Positions 61,305-64,000 of a stretch of 64,000 nucleotides of DNA are shown piece by piece. The position numbers were made by a program, and so were the translations under genes. The notes under the pieces were generated by a model. It did no database searches. It was not told where the DNA came from and saw only the letters and a list, made by a program, of their open reading frames with translations. How positions within the stretch are numbered: position 1 is the stretch's first letter; each line of letters begins with the position of its first letter. The DNA comes from Felis catus (taxonomy: Eukaryota): positions 77,192,001-77,256,000 of the forward strand of contig NC_058368.1 in assembly GCF_018350175.1 (NCBI RefSeq). Reading direction: 5' to 3'.

Positions 61305-63088
61305 TCATTTTTAAAATGTCCTTACCTGAGGACCATTTGATACTGGTTCCACAATTATCATGGGGTCAGATGTCATGAGTTTTGATGATTTTTGTTTGAT
61401 TTTTGTGAATTTAGCAAAAAGGTTCTGGGTCTCAGTAGTTTTTATATAATTCCATTTAAAGGGGCCAAGCGAAAATACGAGAAGATATCAAAGGTAGAAA
61501 CACCAGACAAGTTATAGTTCCTTAATTCTTTTTAAAATTAAAACTCCAGGAATTTGATGGCAATTTCTTGGCACTTTTTCCCGGCAGATAGATACATTTA
61601 GTCACATTCTGTGTTGGCACTGCTTTCCAGAAAAATGAAGGAGGAGGGGCGAAGAACAATTCAGCCATCAATTCCCCTTTTATATATTTTTTAAAGGTCT
61701 CTATTTTTAAAAATCTTTTAGAAACATTTCCTCACAGTCAAGGAATCTCGAAAATGGTTATATTGAATAAGAAAAATCATTTTTCCCTAAAGCCTCGAGT
61801 AGAAGCTGGCAGAATGCCTTTTCTCATCAGTCAGGAAAGATGTTACTTCAGTAACGGGATTCGTCTTATCCTCCGCCGTGTGAGGGTCATCTATATCCTC
61901 ACAGGTCTTTTTTTCTCAGGCCATTGTGCAAAGTCCCTTTATACCGCTATAATTTTACTTTCCATCTTTCCTGCTAATTGACTATCACATAGTCTCGAGT
62001 CTAGAAAAGATGACATCTGCCCCCTGAGTTTAAAAACGTAAAGCAAGGTGAGAACTCTGTACCGTTGACCCTTTTGAAGGTTGGATATATGTTGTCTTCA
62101 TCAAGATGATACGCGCGTCACTTCACATCTTATCTTAAATAACTTCCTATTTCCAGAACACTCTTCTACCACCCGTGCCGCTCTGAGACATCCCCTCCTC
62201 CGAAGTGTCCGTCTGGGTGGAGGAAACTTTCTCCCAGGTTCCTCTTGACAACCGTCCAAATGGCTTCGTTGGCTCTGTGACGAGGTGGGCATTCGGTGCT
62301 CTTGGTCATGTCCTTGCTTCCAGGGAGTCCCCAGAGTGTGGAAACCATGGCACCAAGGTCTGAACTTCTCTCCTCCTTGTGAGAGCTTGAGTTCGGACGG
62401 GTCGGACAGCCTGATGTGAAGGAAGGAGGGTGGTCTTCGATGGGAGAAAGTTCCCCGCCCCAGAGAGCCAGGGAGGAGAGCTTCAGACACAACATACTCT
62501 GACAGGAGGTATTACTTGAAGTGGAAAGTAAGTGACACGGGAAGAAGTGGGAAATTGAGCATAAAAATAAAGGAACGTATGATCAGATTTTTATATCCTG
62601 AGACGCCCTAAATATAGCTTGAAAAGCATTTCAAAGGCACATGGGCCACGCCAGTCCATGACAGGGTCCCGGAGTGGGGCCTGGTGGGATGTCATCGCTG
62701 AATCCTTTCCCTGGCAATTTTTGGGATCCGTGTAGGTAGCAAAAATAGTTTGCTTCGCGTGGACATAAGGCACAGAGCATCGGTCTTCTGAACCGCTACC
62801 CCGAAAGTATTTCTCTAGGTGGTGAGGCACGTTAGTGCAGCAAGCGTACATTTCTACAGAACCTACAGAGAATCAGGTGGACACAGTTTGCTTGTATCTC
62901 AGTCTTGAACTTAAAACCTAAAACAATATTGCGTTTTTTGATGCGTTTGCTTATTTTAGGGGATCGGTCATGCTTCGTGTATGTCCCCAGCACGCCAGGC
63001 CCGGCCCACACTCGGCAACGGGACGCGGTTTCTACTGCACAGAGATGCATTCCGAATTCCGTCTGTCCTTCATTTTACCGTCCCTTCT

Positions 63089-63507
63089 TGGGATGGCTGA
63101 TTCCATGTGTCATCTGGGCTGGCCACAGTGCCCAGCTATTTGGCCAAGCGTTCTTTTGGACGTTTCTGTGAGGGTGTTTTGGGGGTAAGATTATCATTCA
63201 AACCAATGAACTTTGAGTAAAACAGATTGCCCTTCTTAATGGGGATGGGACTTTATAATGTTGGTGGGCCTCGTCCAATCAGTTGAAGGCCCGAATAGAG
63301 CAAAAGAATGACCTCCCTCCAGCAAGAGGAAATTCTCCATTCTGATGGCCTTTGGATTTGAACTCAACAGCAGCTCTTCCTTAGGGCTCCAGCTTGTTGC
63401 AGGCTTTGGACATGCCAGGCTCCATAATTGTGGGAGCTACATCCTTAAAATGAATCTCTCTCCACCTCCCATTAGTTCTATTTCTCTGAAGAAACCTGAC
63501 TCATAGA
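63089..63507 (+). mobile_element. ERVL MLT2-like solo LTR, complete, with 5-bp TSD
   Basis: TGGGATGGCTGATTCCATGTGTCATCTGGGCTGGCCACAGTGCCCAG...GGGCCTCGTCCAATCAGTTGAAGGCC...TCTCTGAAGAAACCTGACTCATAGA. CTTCT at 63084-63088 and 63508-63512. Confidence 0.92.
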
Positions 63508-64000
63508 CTTCTCTTTCTCCTTCCCTCTTTTCCCCGAGTCTTGTACCCGTAAACTGCTTTCCATTGACCACACGTTACAGTGAAATGAGATTCTGTCAGA
63601 CCAACACCGTCTAACCCTACAAGAAAGAATAAAAACCTACACCAAACACAAAACACAAACACAAAAAATCAGTTAAATCTCGTCAAGACATGTATATGAC
63701 ACTTACGTGTCAATTATTGTCAATTAATTTCCAAAGGATATTTAAATAGAATAGAAGGTGTGCTCCATTTTATTTTGTCTGGTTTTAATAAAAAGAAGGT
63801 CTCTGAAAAGTATATCACTGAAAGGGCAATCGAATAAAAAAAAAGAACCAAGGTCAACCTTGAGAATTATACGGCCTGGGAAAAGGGTGGCAAAGCCTTG
63901 TGGACCTGTGGTATGTTAGACACAGCGTCGCCCCGTGCTGACGTCAGCCCATCCAGAGTGTCCCTCATCACACTTCCTGATTTAAATATTCTTGGGGCGC

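Noticed and set aside
1..64000. SINE strand bias as evidence for the direction of a host transcript
   Set aside because: About 12 minus versus 8 plus copies is not a meaningful skew.

Overview
This is 64 kb of mammalian nuclear DNA. The young tRNA-derived CanSINEs carry the SINEC_Fc-type head (GGGGCGCCTGGGTGGCGCAGTCGGTTAAGCGTCCGACTTCAGCCAGG), which points to a felid (cat family). I can support no protein-coding exon or structural RNA gene. The listed ORFs are chance, SINE-derived, low-complexity or decayed L1 ORF2 frames, so the window is intergenic or deep intronic. It holds about 20 CanSINEs (many with readable target-site duplications), a four-layer nested L1/SINE stack (53.1-57.9 kb), several solo LTRs (MLT1-, MLT2- and MER21-like), hAT-type MITEs (MER5-, MER58- and MER53-like), MIR/L2/old L1 relics and microsatellites. 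A 1.45 kb minisatellite (29.25-30.70 kb) has clear higher-order structure. Candidate regulatory regions are a CpG-island-like patch near 6 kb, an E-box cluster at 13.2-13.6 kb and a repeat-poor motif-rich block at 41.5-48.7 kb. I did not find a convincing novel biological system. The most noteworthy items are the minisatellite's modular code, the nested retroposon chronology and several signatures of template-switch mutation. Repeat subfamily names are from recalled consensus sequences, not a database search.
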